Source of the DNA: Gonapodya sp. JEL0774
Lineage: Eukaryota
Direction of reading: 5' to 3'
Assembly (NCBI GenBank): GCA_027604505.1
Contig: JADIIX010000056.1
Span: forward strand, 121,104-141,103
DNA length: 20,000 nucleotides
Of the stretch, positions 1 to 11,251 are shown piece by piece. Below the pieces are notes generated by a model. The model was not told the DNA's origin. It worked only from the letters and a program-made list of their open reading frames with translations, and did not search any database. The translations under genes and the position numbers were made by a program. Each line of letters opens with the position of its first letter. The first letter of the stretch is position 1.

Positions 1-981
1 CCGTCCTCCATACTCTGCACTCATCTGATAGAATCCAGTTCTTTGGCATGTGGTGAGGTTGATGAATTTAAATGAGGGAAGGTGGTGCATGAAACGTCGG
101 AAAAGATGAGTTTCAGGGAGAGCATCTTGCATGTGAGAATCGCGGGGATCAAAGGACCGCTCCTCGTATTTGTCTCGCGGGGGATAGTAGATGGAAGGGA
201 GATCTTACGCGCTTTCATTTTCGCTGGTGAAAGTGACTTTGTTTTGTTCCATCCTGGTGGCCTGTGTGGGCAGTCCATTTGTTCGTGCCAAGCATTTCTG
301 CATTTCCTGACGCAGAGGGTTGCTCCCAAAAGTTGTCGTTGACGTCGCACCTGAACTATTTGATGAAATATTGTACCCATAATCCACAGAGTGTAAAAGA
401 GGAAAGATTGCGTTACAAAACTGTAATCTGAGGGCAACGATCGGCGCGTGGGGCAATGATCAGTATTAGATTGTTCCATAGACTCGCTGATGAACATCCC
501 CTTCAAATCTAAGCGAGTGGCTGGGCTGGACGAATTGATGCCACACGCTATTGCTGGTCGGTACATATGCTCAGGCGAATGGATGGGTCTTGTGCCGTTG
601 ACCCAGACTGATGATCAAGCAATTCATTATTGTAGGCATAGTGTTTGTAGTACAGTATTTATCCATGCATTTGCAATGCCAACTTGGAGATATGGAAAAA
701 AATAGGTGGTAAAAAAGTCACAACAAAAAAAAAAAAGGCAAACAAGCCAGAAATGGAAATGTTCAGCCCTTTAGCCGCAGTGGACCCGATTCCTTCCAGT
801 TCACTCACACACCAGAAAGCCCCGCGAGTCCTACTTTCTGCTCGACGTCTCAGTTTCGCGAAATCCTCCGGGAAATCGCTCAGGGTGTCAAGAATACCGC
901 CTTCCCTCCCGATTGCCTGGTGCTCCCGACGTTGTCCCTCACAACAACTTTTTATCGGAACAGCCAACCACCAGTCTACAG

Positions 982-3459
982 ATGGCAATGACAATGCACA
1001 GAACGAGACGGCGACGAGAAACCAGCGTTTCAGCGCTCACTTGGACCCTGGCTGCACTGTTGGTGTGCGCCTTGATGACTACTCTTGCACACGCCAGATG
1101 TGAATGCGGGTACATTGACGACCTGGGCCGCCTCTGGACAGACGCAATCGTCTACCCTTCCTTCCGGAACACTACTTTCAACACCGCCAAGTCTGACCTG
1201 CGCATTACCGTCAATCAGTTACCGAATGACTCAGGGGTCGCCGGGGTCCCCGCGCCTTACCAGATTCAGAACGACCGAGACAACGTCATGATCAGTGGCG
1301 ACGAGCTCTGGATTCGGGTCAAAGCTGGAGTTCTTCCCGGCGGTGTTTATGTCAGCGGCGGCGAAGTTGTCACGATGAGAACCGATATCCTGTATGGGAC
1401 CTTCCGCTCCAACATCCAGATTACTCCCAATAACGGCACATGCTCTGGCTTCTTCTATTATGGAGACGTGAATAACGAGATCGATATTGAGATTCTTTCA
1501 ACCCAGATCCCAGACCAGAAAGTCAACTTTGTGCAGGTATGTCCTCCGTTTATGTGGCTAAAGTCAACCGATATGCACACTTCCACGGTCCCTGAAACAT
1601 TCTCATATTTTTCTATCGACCCTCTGGCTCCCGCTTACTCGTGGTACTCGTCACTGGGCGTTGCTCTGTACCGTGCCCATATCCTCTGACCGCCACAACC
1701 ACTTTCAATCCCGACCTCCACATCTGTCCAACAACAACTTTCACACCAAAGCACAAAATGAACCTTATCCCCGGCACCACAAATCCATCTCCAGAATCTC
1801 TCCAGAATATTGCTGTTGGCGTCGATCCCTCTGCCGACTTCAACGAGTATCGCATCGACTGGACACCACCTGCTTCCGACTTTTTCGTCAACAGTGCGAA
1901 GCAAACGACACTTACTGCAAACGAGCCCACCCTTGCAGGAAGTGTCATATTCAATCACTGGTCCAAAGGTCTGGTGAGTGCTCAGTCGAAGCAAACGGAT
2001 ACACTAGGATGCCAGGGCTTTTTCGCCTGAGAATGAGACAGCAGGGGAAATCACTATCTATGGCGAGAGGAGTGTTTCCATTCAATGCAGCGACTCAACT
2101 AATGCCCTCCCCGTTCATCCAGGCTGGTTGGGACCAAGGCCCACCAACCAACGACTCCTACCTTAGGATCCGCTCCTTCAAGTTCTTTTTCAACACTACA
2201 GACAGCACGGGCTTTGTTCGCCGATGCAATGCGTCCATGAACGCCAAAGTTCCCCTTGCCACAAGCCGATGCAGCACAGAGAACATCATTGGTAACGTGA
2301 CGGTCACCACCGACGCCGCAGGCATAGAATTCGCAACTGTTGCGTCGTCCAATTTGGCCTCCAGTCAATGTAAGTCAAAGAAACTCTGAATTGATGAACA
2401 ACGACCTCTCGATATGGAGTTGATATGCCCCATTTCGTCATCGTCACGCGACCCTGCCGTACTCCACATTCAGTTATCGCCAACTGGGCGCTGTATGGAA
2501 TGGCCATCGGGTGCGGTGCCATTGCGATCATGGCTTTGGCAACTTTCCCTATACGCTACGTTCGCGCCAAACAGTACGAAAAGGCCCTGAATGAGTATCG
2601 GGAAATCAATGACGAGGATGGATACGACGCGCGCTCTGGATCCTCTGGTGGTACTCTCGAAATGGGAAAATATGGGAACAAGAGGTACAATGGTCCCAGA
2701 GGTTGGAAATGGGGCTTTACGGAGCCGCCGAACTTCACCACCCCTCTTATCGGTAAAAACTCCAAGACTCAACAAGGCGACATTGATCGAGGCAATAAGC
2801 CCCCACGTAAACCGAATAAGACGTATGCGGGTCCAGGTGGGGACAGGGGCGACCCACGCTGGCAGGGACCGCCGCCTGATGGGATGATGCCCCCAGCTCC
2901 CGATTACGACTACCACGACCCTGCAGATGATTCTGACGCCACTTGGGCAGGTAGCAGTCCTGGACAACGTGGCCGCCACGGCAGCGCCGATGCCGAGTCA
3001 GACAGGAGGAGCCGCAAGTCCGTAAACGGCGGACGCGGTGATGGACGGGATCAACGTGACCGCGCTCGTTCGCGTGACCGGGGTGATCGTGGAGACCGAG
3101 GAGATGGTGGAGACTATGCGCAGCCCTCACAGAACAGGAGGTCGGAATCTTCCCATCGGCCTCAGTATCCCGCCCAAGCTCCTCAGTCCATGGCTGCTCC
3201 ATACGCCCAGTCACAGCGACGGCCATCGGAGCCTGCTTATCAGCAATCACAAGGGCAGTACCGTCAGGCACCCCCCACGGTCTCAAACGTTCAACCCCGG
3301 TGGGCGAGTGGAACGCGTCCTCCCATGCCGAATTCGATGGATGTGCAGGGACCACCGCCTTCCGACACGGAGGAGGACATTCCCCCGCCCAGACAACCAA
3401 GCCAGCCCAGGTATAGCAACAACGGAGGCGGGAATGGGGGGCAGGGAAGGAGGAGGTAG
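982..3459 (+). CDS. GH16 family glycoside hydrolase (beta-glucanase/transglycosylase-like), type I membrane protein, 4 exons, ~669 aa
   Basis: Model join(982..1536,1752..1973,2123..2369,2474..3459) keeps frame, with GTATGT/GTGAGT/GTAAGT donors. It has a hydrophobic signal peptide followed by CECGY, the GH16 catalytic motif EIDIE, and typical segments YGTFRS, DFNEYRIDW and NHWSKGL/AGWDQGPP. A TM segment (IANWALYGMAIGCGAIAIMALATFPI) precedes a low-complexity tail. The start ATG is uncertain (several are clustered). Confidence 0.88.
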
Positions 3460-4028
3460 AGAACGGAGAGAGGCGGGCTTCATGGTGGCAGGGTTGCTGA
3501 AGAACTCGTGAGAATTGAGAGGGGGCCTTTTCTGCTACACGCTCTGTGTTCTGGACACACAGCACGTGCTCGACCTGGCCTGGCGCTGGTCAAAGGCTGG
3601 TATCGGCTGCGCATGGATCAATCAGGACCACAATCTCCTTCCCTGGGGAGTCTGCTATCCAGCAGGACTTTCCCTTCATATTTCCCTATCCTTCTACGTA
3701 TGTTACAGAACTTGTTTGGTATGTTCATGCATCATGCAGTCGGGAGAAAGCTTCGGAGGAATCTAGAATTGTTATTTATACCCTCAATTGGATAGCGCAT
3801 TGTCTGACACAATGCAGGTTGCAATACACTGCTGTTGATGTATAGCCCTCGAGGAATATCGCATCTAGACTGTCTAAGTGCCTTTTATTTCCTAATGAAA
3901 AAGTGCTGTGACAATGTGGAGAAGCAAGGAAAAGGATTTGGCGAGGGGGAGTTCGAAATTTTGGAGGGAGTTGCGGCGCAAGCCCACCCTGTCTTTGATT
4001 TGAGAGACAATCACTTACATCACACCTG

Positions 4029-6048
4029 ATGCTACGATTTTCTCCTCCCGCGAATGATTTGAAATCGGCAATGCCAGCTGGTTTGCTCCCACCCGAACTC
4101 TCATCCAATGCCCTCGCTTTCTTCCAACCATTTTCCGCCAAGTCCCCACCTCTGCTGCCGCCAAGATCATCCATTGTTTCCCATGCAGTCTTCTGCCCTC
4201 GCAAGGATGCGGCTGATCTCATCGCTATAGCAAGAGCGGGTACAGTTGAAGTGTGGGGTGTCGGTTCGCGTGGAAAATGGGAAGGACGGAGAGGAGCCGG
4301 TGATAGGTGGGGATCCTTTGTCACATTCTACGGATTAAAAAAGGGAACGGGGAATCTTAACGCCAGGCAAAAGGGCGAATCTGTGGGGGAAGGCTCATTT
4401 GTCCAAAGAATTAGAACGGCGATGATACAAGCGAGTTAACACCACAGGTGTTTATCTCTGCGGGGCGCTCATTAATTTGGACTTGAGGCATCATAGTTTG
4501 TAGAGAGATGAGAGAATGAGAGATTCGCGCTGTTTTCTCCAAAGCAGAAACTCACCCAACCTACCATTCTGACGGCAGGTGGACCTTCCGCCTCCTCCAG
4601 ACCTACTTTCTCCCCGTCTCAAACAATTCTTCTACGGACTCCCCCCCCATCACTACCTCAGTTTCACCACCTCCAGCGGTCACTTCGCTGGCATGGGGAC
4701 AAGATTGTGTCTTCCGCATGTTGGAAGGTGATCAATTTGAGTTGAGGTACAGGTGAGAATCTCTCTGAGGCGATTCCATGGATACGATTATTTCAAGGAA
4801 GATAGCTCTTGGAAGAAAAATTTGAACAGGGCAAATGACCCAAGGATTTAAGAGCACTGCCTCGGATCGGGAAGTGCCATTCTGGAAGTAGCAGTGAGGT
4901 CGAAAGTGCAGCACAGGACTACCGTTGTAGGTCTCCACGTTGGAAGAGAGAATTCGCTGAATAGCTCATCACGCATGCTTCTAATATCCGAAACTTAAAG
5001 ACCATTCGTGATTGCCTTTAACTCTGTGCTTCCTGCCCATATGATGTCCCCAGCCTCTTTCTTTCTCTTTCTTCCGGACATCTCTACTTGCTTGAGAACA
5101 ATGTTCTTTCGACCCCCCTAGCTGCCCACCGCGGTGCCGTGTGCGCGGTTGCAGTGGCAGAAAGCAGAAACGCTGGGGGTGAGGGCGTAGGATGGAGCGT
5201 GGGTGGTACGTACGGTTGTCTGCAAGTTTAATCGAATACGCGCAACCTTGAACGCTTGAAGCCCACCGATTTCTCATTCTTTCATTGGCCTGCTTACTTT
5301 CAACCAATCCTGTTAGCTGATCTCGCTCTGCACACCCTCTCCCTTCCGCCCGGCAGTCCTTCTCACGTTCCTCCTCCAAATATCATCTCCACAGTCAATC
5401 TCTGCCCACCAATTTCTTCACCTATTGATTTGCACTCTTTTAATCTTTATGAATGCATTTTGATAACGTCCGACGGCTCAGTCAGGCGGTATAATCGCGC
5501 CAGCGGAGAATGGACTCTTGATACGCCCGAATTACTCGTTGGCGGTGCAACTTCCACTTCGATGGTTTTGAGTTCGGATGGGCATGGAGATGTGGATCTT
5601 TTGGCAATCTGCGGTCCACGAGGGTGGCGCTCATGCACCCCTGCGGGGGAAGTTGTGGCCAGTGGCGAGGAAGGTGGAACATGCGTTGCTGTCGGGCAAG
5701 GTGGTAAACTCGTAGCTGTGTCTGTTAAAGGACAGGTATTACAGGGGAGCGTCCCGGGACCGAATGGGTTGATTACATGGGCGGCAAGACAAGGAGTGGG
5801 CCGACCATCCGAGGTTCAAACTGATGCGGTTGCTTTGTATGATGTTTCTGCAGGAGGTGAGTGCCGTCTCCCGAGTGCGGGGTTTAAGTCTTTATATCCT
5901 TCATCACTTCCGCGAGTCATTTACTCCAAAAGTCGTTCAAGCCTTTTCCCTTCCCCTACCTGCCCGCCTTCGGTGTCTGACGTGGCATTCCCTTGGTGGT
6001 GCTCTGGCGGGTGCAGCGGGGGATTACATTGTAGTTTGGAAAGCCTGA
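4029..6048 (+). CDS. Divergent WD40/beta-propeller-like protein, ~5 exons
   Basis: Model join(4029..4306,4579..4752,5054..5205,5317..5856,5933..6048) is phase-consistent. WD-like segments include GTVEVW, AVTSLAWG, AHRGAVCAVAV, DGSVRRY and LRCLTWHSLGGALAGAAGDYIVVWK. The start may instead be 4071, and an extra exon in 4753..5053 cannot be excluded. Confidence 0.7.
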
Positions 6049-6191
6049 GGCAAGCCTCGCCTTTGCTTGGAAGCACATGTATGTAGGTCTCACTGAACTG
6101 AGAATGATGAGAATGCTTTCTGCCACGCCGAAACATTGGTATCATTGTATATCAAATATTGTAGACTGATAGAACAAGGTATTTCCAAGGG

Positions 6192-8995
6192 TTATGTACT
6201 CTTCTGACTAAGTGCGAAGGATTTGAGAGGGTCGGATCGTCGCTTTTGAGCCTAGTGGGATGACAAGGACAGTTCGAGGTGCCTGCCCGTCCCGCTCTTA
6301 GTGCAATTCCTTACCTTGCTTAAAGTAGCCCTGCCCCTGTTAGAAGCTCTGTCTCTCCCCCTTCCCTTTTCTGTGCCACCAGTCCGTTCACCCTCACCAA
6401 CCGTCACTGCACTCTTTTTCGGTGCCAAGTAACTGGGCACGTGCTTAAGATGTGATTGCACTCTTGCAGGGTGGAGGGGTCGATCAGACCGAAGCGCACG
6501 AAGATCGTTGGGGTTCGACGAAAAATGAGCCTTGGCGAAGTTGAGAGATTTTGAAAGTTTGTCCGAGAGAAACGAGAGAACGAGCACGTCAGATTGTTTG
6601 AAGAAATGAACTGAGACCTCCGTCCGCTTGTGGCACCCCTCAGCGTGGAATGATTTGATTAGCTTTACGGTTTGTGTCTCCATCCCCGAATATGCGGGTG
6701 CAGCGCAAGAATGACGTTGTCCAATCATCACCAGGGTACAAACTTGGACATTTCCCCAAATCAAACGAAATCGACGTTGAACGCACCTTCAACCTCTCGC
6801 TCTCTAACATCTCCCTCCTCACTTCCCTCACCCGCGCCTCCCTCACCGCTGCCTTTGTCACTGCCCGAACTGCATCAGCCACCCTGTATCTGAAGCCATC
6901 AACCGCTTCCTTATCCACAACGAGATCTGCGACCGTTCCACGTGCCTGGACCTTTGGAAATAATTTAATTCGGTCGACTAGCGCTCGTTCCGACACGGAA
7001 CCATCGTGGTCGATCAAAGATGCCGGGTTGGGTTCTGCCCAAAGAGATATAGCGACGCCCTGGCGGGACAAACCTCTCGCCGTCCGGCCGATTCGGTGGA
7101 GATACTGAGATGGTGATGAAGGTAGGTCGAAATTGATAACGGCATCGAGGCGGCGAAAATCGAGTCCTCGAGAAGGGTGGAAGGTGGCAGATGCAGAATT
7201 TCCGGTCTTGGGGCGCTTCGACTTTATTACAACACTGGTGGAAGCCGGTGCGTGGCGCTTACGGGTCTTGGTTGCAACAGAGGAGGACGATGGAGCCTCG
7301 ACTTCATCCGTCCGTTCCGATTCCTTTGAATCATCAGCGGCATCCTCGTCTGTCATCTCGTCGTCCTCTATTTCTGCAGAATCGCTCGCCAGAACGACTC
7401 CGTACATGCCCTGGCCAACGCCCTCAATGACCCTCACTCTACTCTCCACTGGCAAGCCCTCGTCGACGACAGCTGCTCGAATGCCAAATTGCTCTAGAAA
7501 CAGGCGTACACGATAGCAGCGCGGGGGATCACGGCAGAATATAAGAATACGGGAGGTAGATGTCAGAGGTGAGGGCCGCAATGTCAGAAGATAGTGGAGT
7601 AGGTGGAACTTTGAGGCATCTGTGGGGCAGCTGCGTAGGGAAAGGGTTCTCGCTAAAGTAAACGACCCGGCCAAACAGAGAAGATGAGAAAGTGGCAAAC
7701 GGCTCACCTTGCAAAGTGCTGCGAAATTTTACCGGTCCCAGGTACAAGTTCTTTGATTTCTTCGCCGACTTGTACAGTCCCACCCAGTCCGTCCTCATCT
7801 CCCTGAACCGTTACAACGGCCGCACCTTTACCGAATTCTGCAATCCAGTCGCTTTCTCGATCACGTTGCTCCCTTGCGCCAGTTCCAGAAACCGCAGTTG
7901 CCGACACCAGCCACCTTTGCACACCTCCCCCTCCAGCGCCAGCTGCAATAGCCTTTCGAACATCATCGGCGTAGCCAAAATTAGACAAGAGGTCGCATTC
8001 ATCAAGGACCAGGGAGTGAAAGTGTGAAGGATCGAAAAGCAAGCGAGAGGGAAGATCGGAGTGTTTAGATGGAAGGGCGTCGAGGGAGGAGAGGAGGAGG
8101 GACAACCGGGAGGGAGTAGAGATAAGAATGTCGGTCGCGGGGTGGGGCGGGAGAAAGAGAGAGCTTGGTTCCGCAGCATTGGATGGCAGAGGTGGGAGTA
8201 GCTCGTGTCAGAATAGTGGTCTTTGTTACGTTTGAGGTAAAAATCATCACAATATATGACCTCCTTCGCATGAGATGTAAAACGAACGTTCAAGGTCCTT
8301 TTGACTCAATAATGCTTGCGCCCCACATCAAACAACGTAGGGGTCGTTTGCGCACCCACCTTGGCTCGACGCCTTTGTTCACTTCCAGCTCCTTGACTAA
8401 ATTGACGATCCTTATTTGCGATTTGCAATATTGGGAGAAATCGACGGCTGCTTTGAGGACCTGGGCTGCCAGCTCTTTAGTAGGCACGAGGATGAGTGCA
8501 CGGATTGCGTCAAGCTAAATTCATGGTAAAAACGGGGGGAGACGAAATGAAAGGTGATTAACACATTTGAGGGAAGTACAATCGGCTCGTATCGTGACCA
8601 CTCATTGCAGATACCTTTACACTCCCATTGGTATCAACATCCCCCTTTGAATCAACGGCTACATTGCCAGACTTCTCCGCCAAAATTTTACTGATGATTG
8701 GCAAGAGGTATGCGGCAGTTTTCCCTGATCCTGTTCGTGCGTTGGCCACTATATCTCTTCCCTGAACCATCGCTAGAGGAATCGCCAATGACTGGATAGG
8801 CGAGGGCACGCGGAATCCCAGTCGCACGAGAGCACGCTGCAGGCGGGCATCGAGAGGCATGGAGGCAAAAGAAACGGCTGGCGCTGCGTTGGCGGTTGTT
8901 ATGGCGGTTCCGTCCGTCAAGACGTCGTCAGTGGAGTTGTCTTGGACTTCTCCTGGTAAAGGAGGCGGACTGGAAGGGGGATTGGGAGCTCGCAT
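6192..8995 (-). CDS. DBP9: ATP-dependent RNA helicase Dbp9/DDX56 (60S biogenesis), 6 exons, ~703 aa
   Basis: Model complement(join(6192..6251,6315..6530,6787..7630,7708..8163,8360..8514,8615..8995)) = 2112 nt, in frame. Helicase motifs: Q motif (GFRVPSPIQ), ARTGSGKT, VPTKEL, STPSR, DECD, SAT, SRGLDF, YLHRIGRTAR. Dbp9-type C-terminal signatures: FRYRVADAVRAVT, HFSSNPNDLRALRSDRPLHPARVQSHLKHVPSYL, DPLKSF. Confidence 0.93.
6633..6739 (-). ncRNA. Intronic box C/D guide RNA (snoRNA/scaRNA-like), predicted U6 snRNA 2'-O-methylation guide
   Basis: Lies in DBP9 intron 4 on the host strand. Terminal stem GUACCCU/GGGGUGC, box C GUGAUGA (6731-6725), box D CUGA (6643-6640), D'-like CUGC (6703-6700) and C'-like AUGGAGA (6683-6677) bridged by a CCCG/CGGG hairpin. 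The 12-nt guide GUCAUUCUUGCG is complementary to the U6 segment CGCAAGGAUGAC (human sequence) with one G-U pair. Confidence 0.8.
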
Positions 8996-9775
8996 TTTAT
9001 TGCAAATTTCTTGATGCTGCACTTGGACAATTCAGATGGAATTGGACTGGTTTTTTCTTTCGGACGATCGAGGTTGCGCGTGCAGGGTACGGTTACATGC
9101 CGTTGCCTCCCCCCCTTCTTGAAGAACTGACATGTATGCAACCACTATCCACCGAGCACGAGACGTCCGTGTTGCTCGGGCACAAGGAAGTAAAATTTGT
9201 GTCCCTCGCTAAGACGTGCCGTGTTCTCACTTCATTCTGTGCTTTCGTGTTTAGTCTTGTCGTTCAAAGCAATGCATCGCATTCTATATAGTACATCTCT
9301 ATGCTTTTTTCGTCGTTGGTAGGGCCATCCAGGGGACAGAACTTGGAAACAACAAGGAAAGGGGGAATGCATTCAAACACAGTAGTTTGTCACGATCTAG
9401 CAGCAAACGTTGAGGGCAAACTAAGCTCCCATCACTCCTCGATGAAGAACGGTGCTGCGACTGGTGCGAAGGTCACATCGTCTTTTGTTCTTCGCCTGAA
9501 ATTAATGGAGTGTTCCAGAAAAGAGCCTGAGTGAGCTACGAAGTAGGAACTTAACTTTTGAACGTAATAGACGCTTTAGAGCTCCTGCTTTCTTACCCGC
9601 TCGGATACTTTGCTCTGATAATCGACATGCTGTAGTCAGCAGAAGTTTAAGATGCCAAATATTATTGCTGTTCCCCAATCCCCAATTCAAATATTAGAAA
9701 TTCTAGTTCAAACAAAGAATGGACATTAGATCAATGGCTGTGGACTCATTGCCCCGGAGCAGATCCCCCATCGTT

Positions 9776-10598
9776 TCACTGCCCGATCGGGGGGCCGAGG
9801 GTTCCCTTGGGCAACTTAAATCCACCTAGAGCCAGCTTGCTCAAGTTCTTCAGTGCTTGTTGCTCTGTCACGCCATCTTTTACATTTCCGGAACATTGCT
9901 GGCAAAACAGTCTCGTGCCGTGGGCATTGGGAGGTGGCCCGGTTAACAGCGAGGTCCTGCAAGAATTGCACGTGAAGCACGCCTTGTGGTATATCAGAGG
10001 AGGTTTTGGGGGTGGCATGTCGAGAGTGATACTGTGAGAGATCTGTATGGGTTGGGAACAAGAAACGCAAGTACCGCCAGGGACGTTGCAACTCTGTAAC
10101 AACCCGACAAGCTTAGACTGATTCCGGGAGCAAGAGATCAATGACATGTATCATGCTCACTTTGTGCCATGCTTGTCTCTTTCCGTTGTTTTCAACCCAC
10201 AGCAACGATCCCCCTAACTCCACCACAGGCTTTTCACATCCAGGACATGTACCGACACTGTACTTGCTCACTGCACAAACTTCACATATAGTATGTCGAA
10301 CATTTGCAGAGCCGGTGACGGTTGATGGTGGTGTGAATACTTGTTCCGCCTAAGTGTATGTCGTGTGTCGAATAGTTTGCCAGACCGATAAACAAGTGCA
10401 GGTCTCGCCAACACCTACCGTCAGACCTCTCTTGCCGCATTCGACACACACGAATTTTTGTTGATCTACGGTAACTGCTGATTTGGGCTTCTGTGTCGAA
10501 GCGGAGTCCCACCCTGCCGGCGGCGCGAGTTTTGAGTAGTTTGAGAGTATTCGAGAGTCAACTTGTGGAATAGCCTCATTCATATCTCGAAACCCCAT
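9776..10598 (-). CDS. Small LIM-domain / zinc-finger protein, 3 exons, 228 aa
   Basis: Model complement(join(9776..10093,10161..10349,10419..10598)), all junctions phase 0. A complete C-terminal LIM (CVSC..HKAC-FT-CNSC..CQQC) is preceded by CVEC..CEVC and CPGC..HKSC zinc knuckles. Confidence 0.85.
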
Positions 10599-11251
10599 CT
10601 CGTGAGCGCTAGTTACTGAATGTTTAGGTTAGTTCGTGAGGTTGTTTGGATCGCAGTTGTAAAATCGCGAGTAAGTTTGCCGTCGAAATGTTTCACCACA
10701 CCTTCATTAGATGATCCATCACTCTGCATCTTGCACCCCTCTTTCACACAGACGCCTGAGGAAGGAACAATCTCTCCGCAATGTTTGCAATAGCTACCGA
10801 TGAAGGGAGTTCACGAAGGAAACACGGTGTTGAGAGCAAGAATCACGGTGGATCGATCAGTGTGACATTCTAGCAGTGGAGCTTACGGCATTATTTTCAA
10901 TTAATGGAAGTTAACGGGGTGTTTTGTAACCTAATTGGGGTTGCCACGAGTGGCGCGATGGTGATGGCGGTGTTGACGTGAGGATATTAACGAGCGCGGA
11001 AGGACGGGGTGGGGTTGTGAGGAGGGACGAAGGCTGTCTGGGAGGGGGGATTGCGAGTGTGGGAGGGGGGATGTGATGAAACACACGTGATCACACTTTT
11101 GATCGGCGGGATTGATCGATTATGTAAGAATGAACCCCACCACAAAACTCGCAAAACTTGGAGACACGATATTTGCTTCAAAAATTCGCGCGGCACTCAT
11201 TCATTGAATACTCCAGTATCGACACAAGAGCGCTACTTATATGCCAACAAT

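Noticed and set aside
1..566. Minus-strand ORFs at the window start as the 5' part of a gene
   Set aside because: Splice-like signals exist but there is no recognisable protein motif and no unique frame-consistent model.
4415..4490. GCGATGA...TTGA in WD40 intron 1 as a C/D RNA
   Set aside because: Both boxes are non-consensus and no guide is recognisable.
8208..8250. GTGATGA...CTGA pair in DBP9 intron 2 (minus strand) as a second C/D snoRNA
   Set aside because: The unit spans only 43 nt, has no convincing terminal stem and no recognisable guide, and the CTGAC may be the branch point. Worth a cmscan but not supported.
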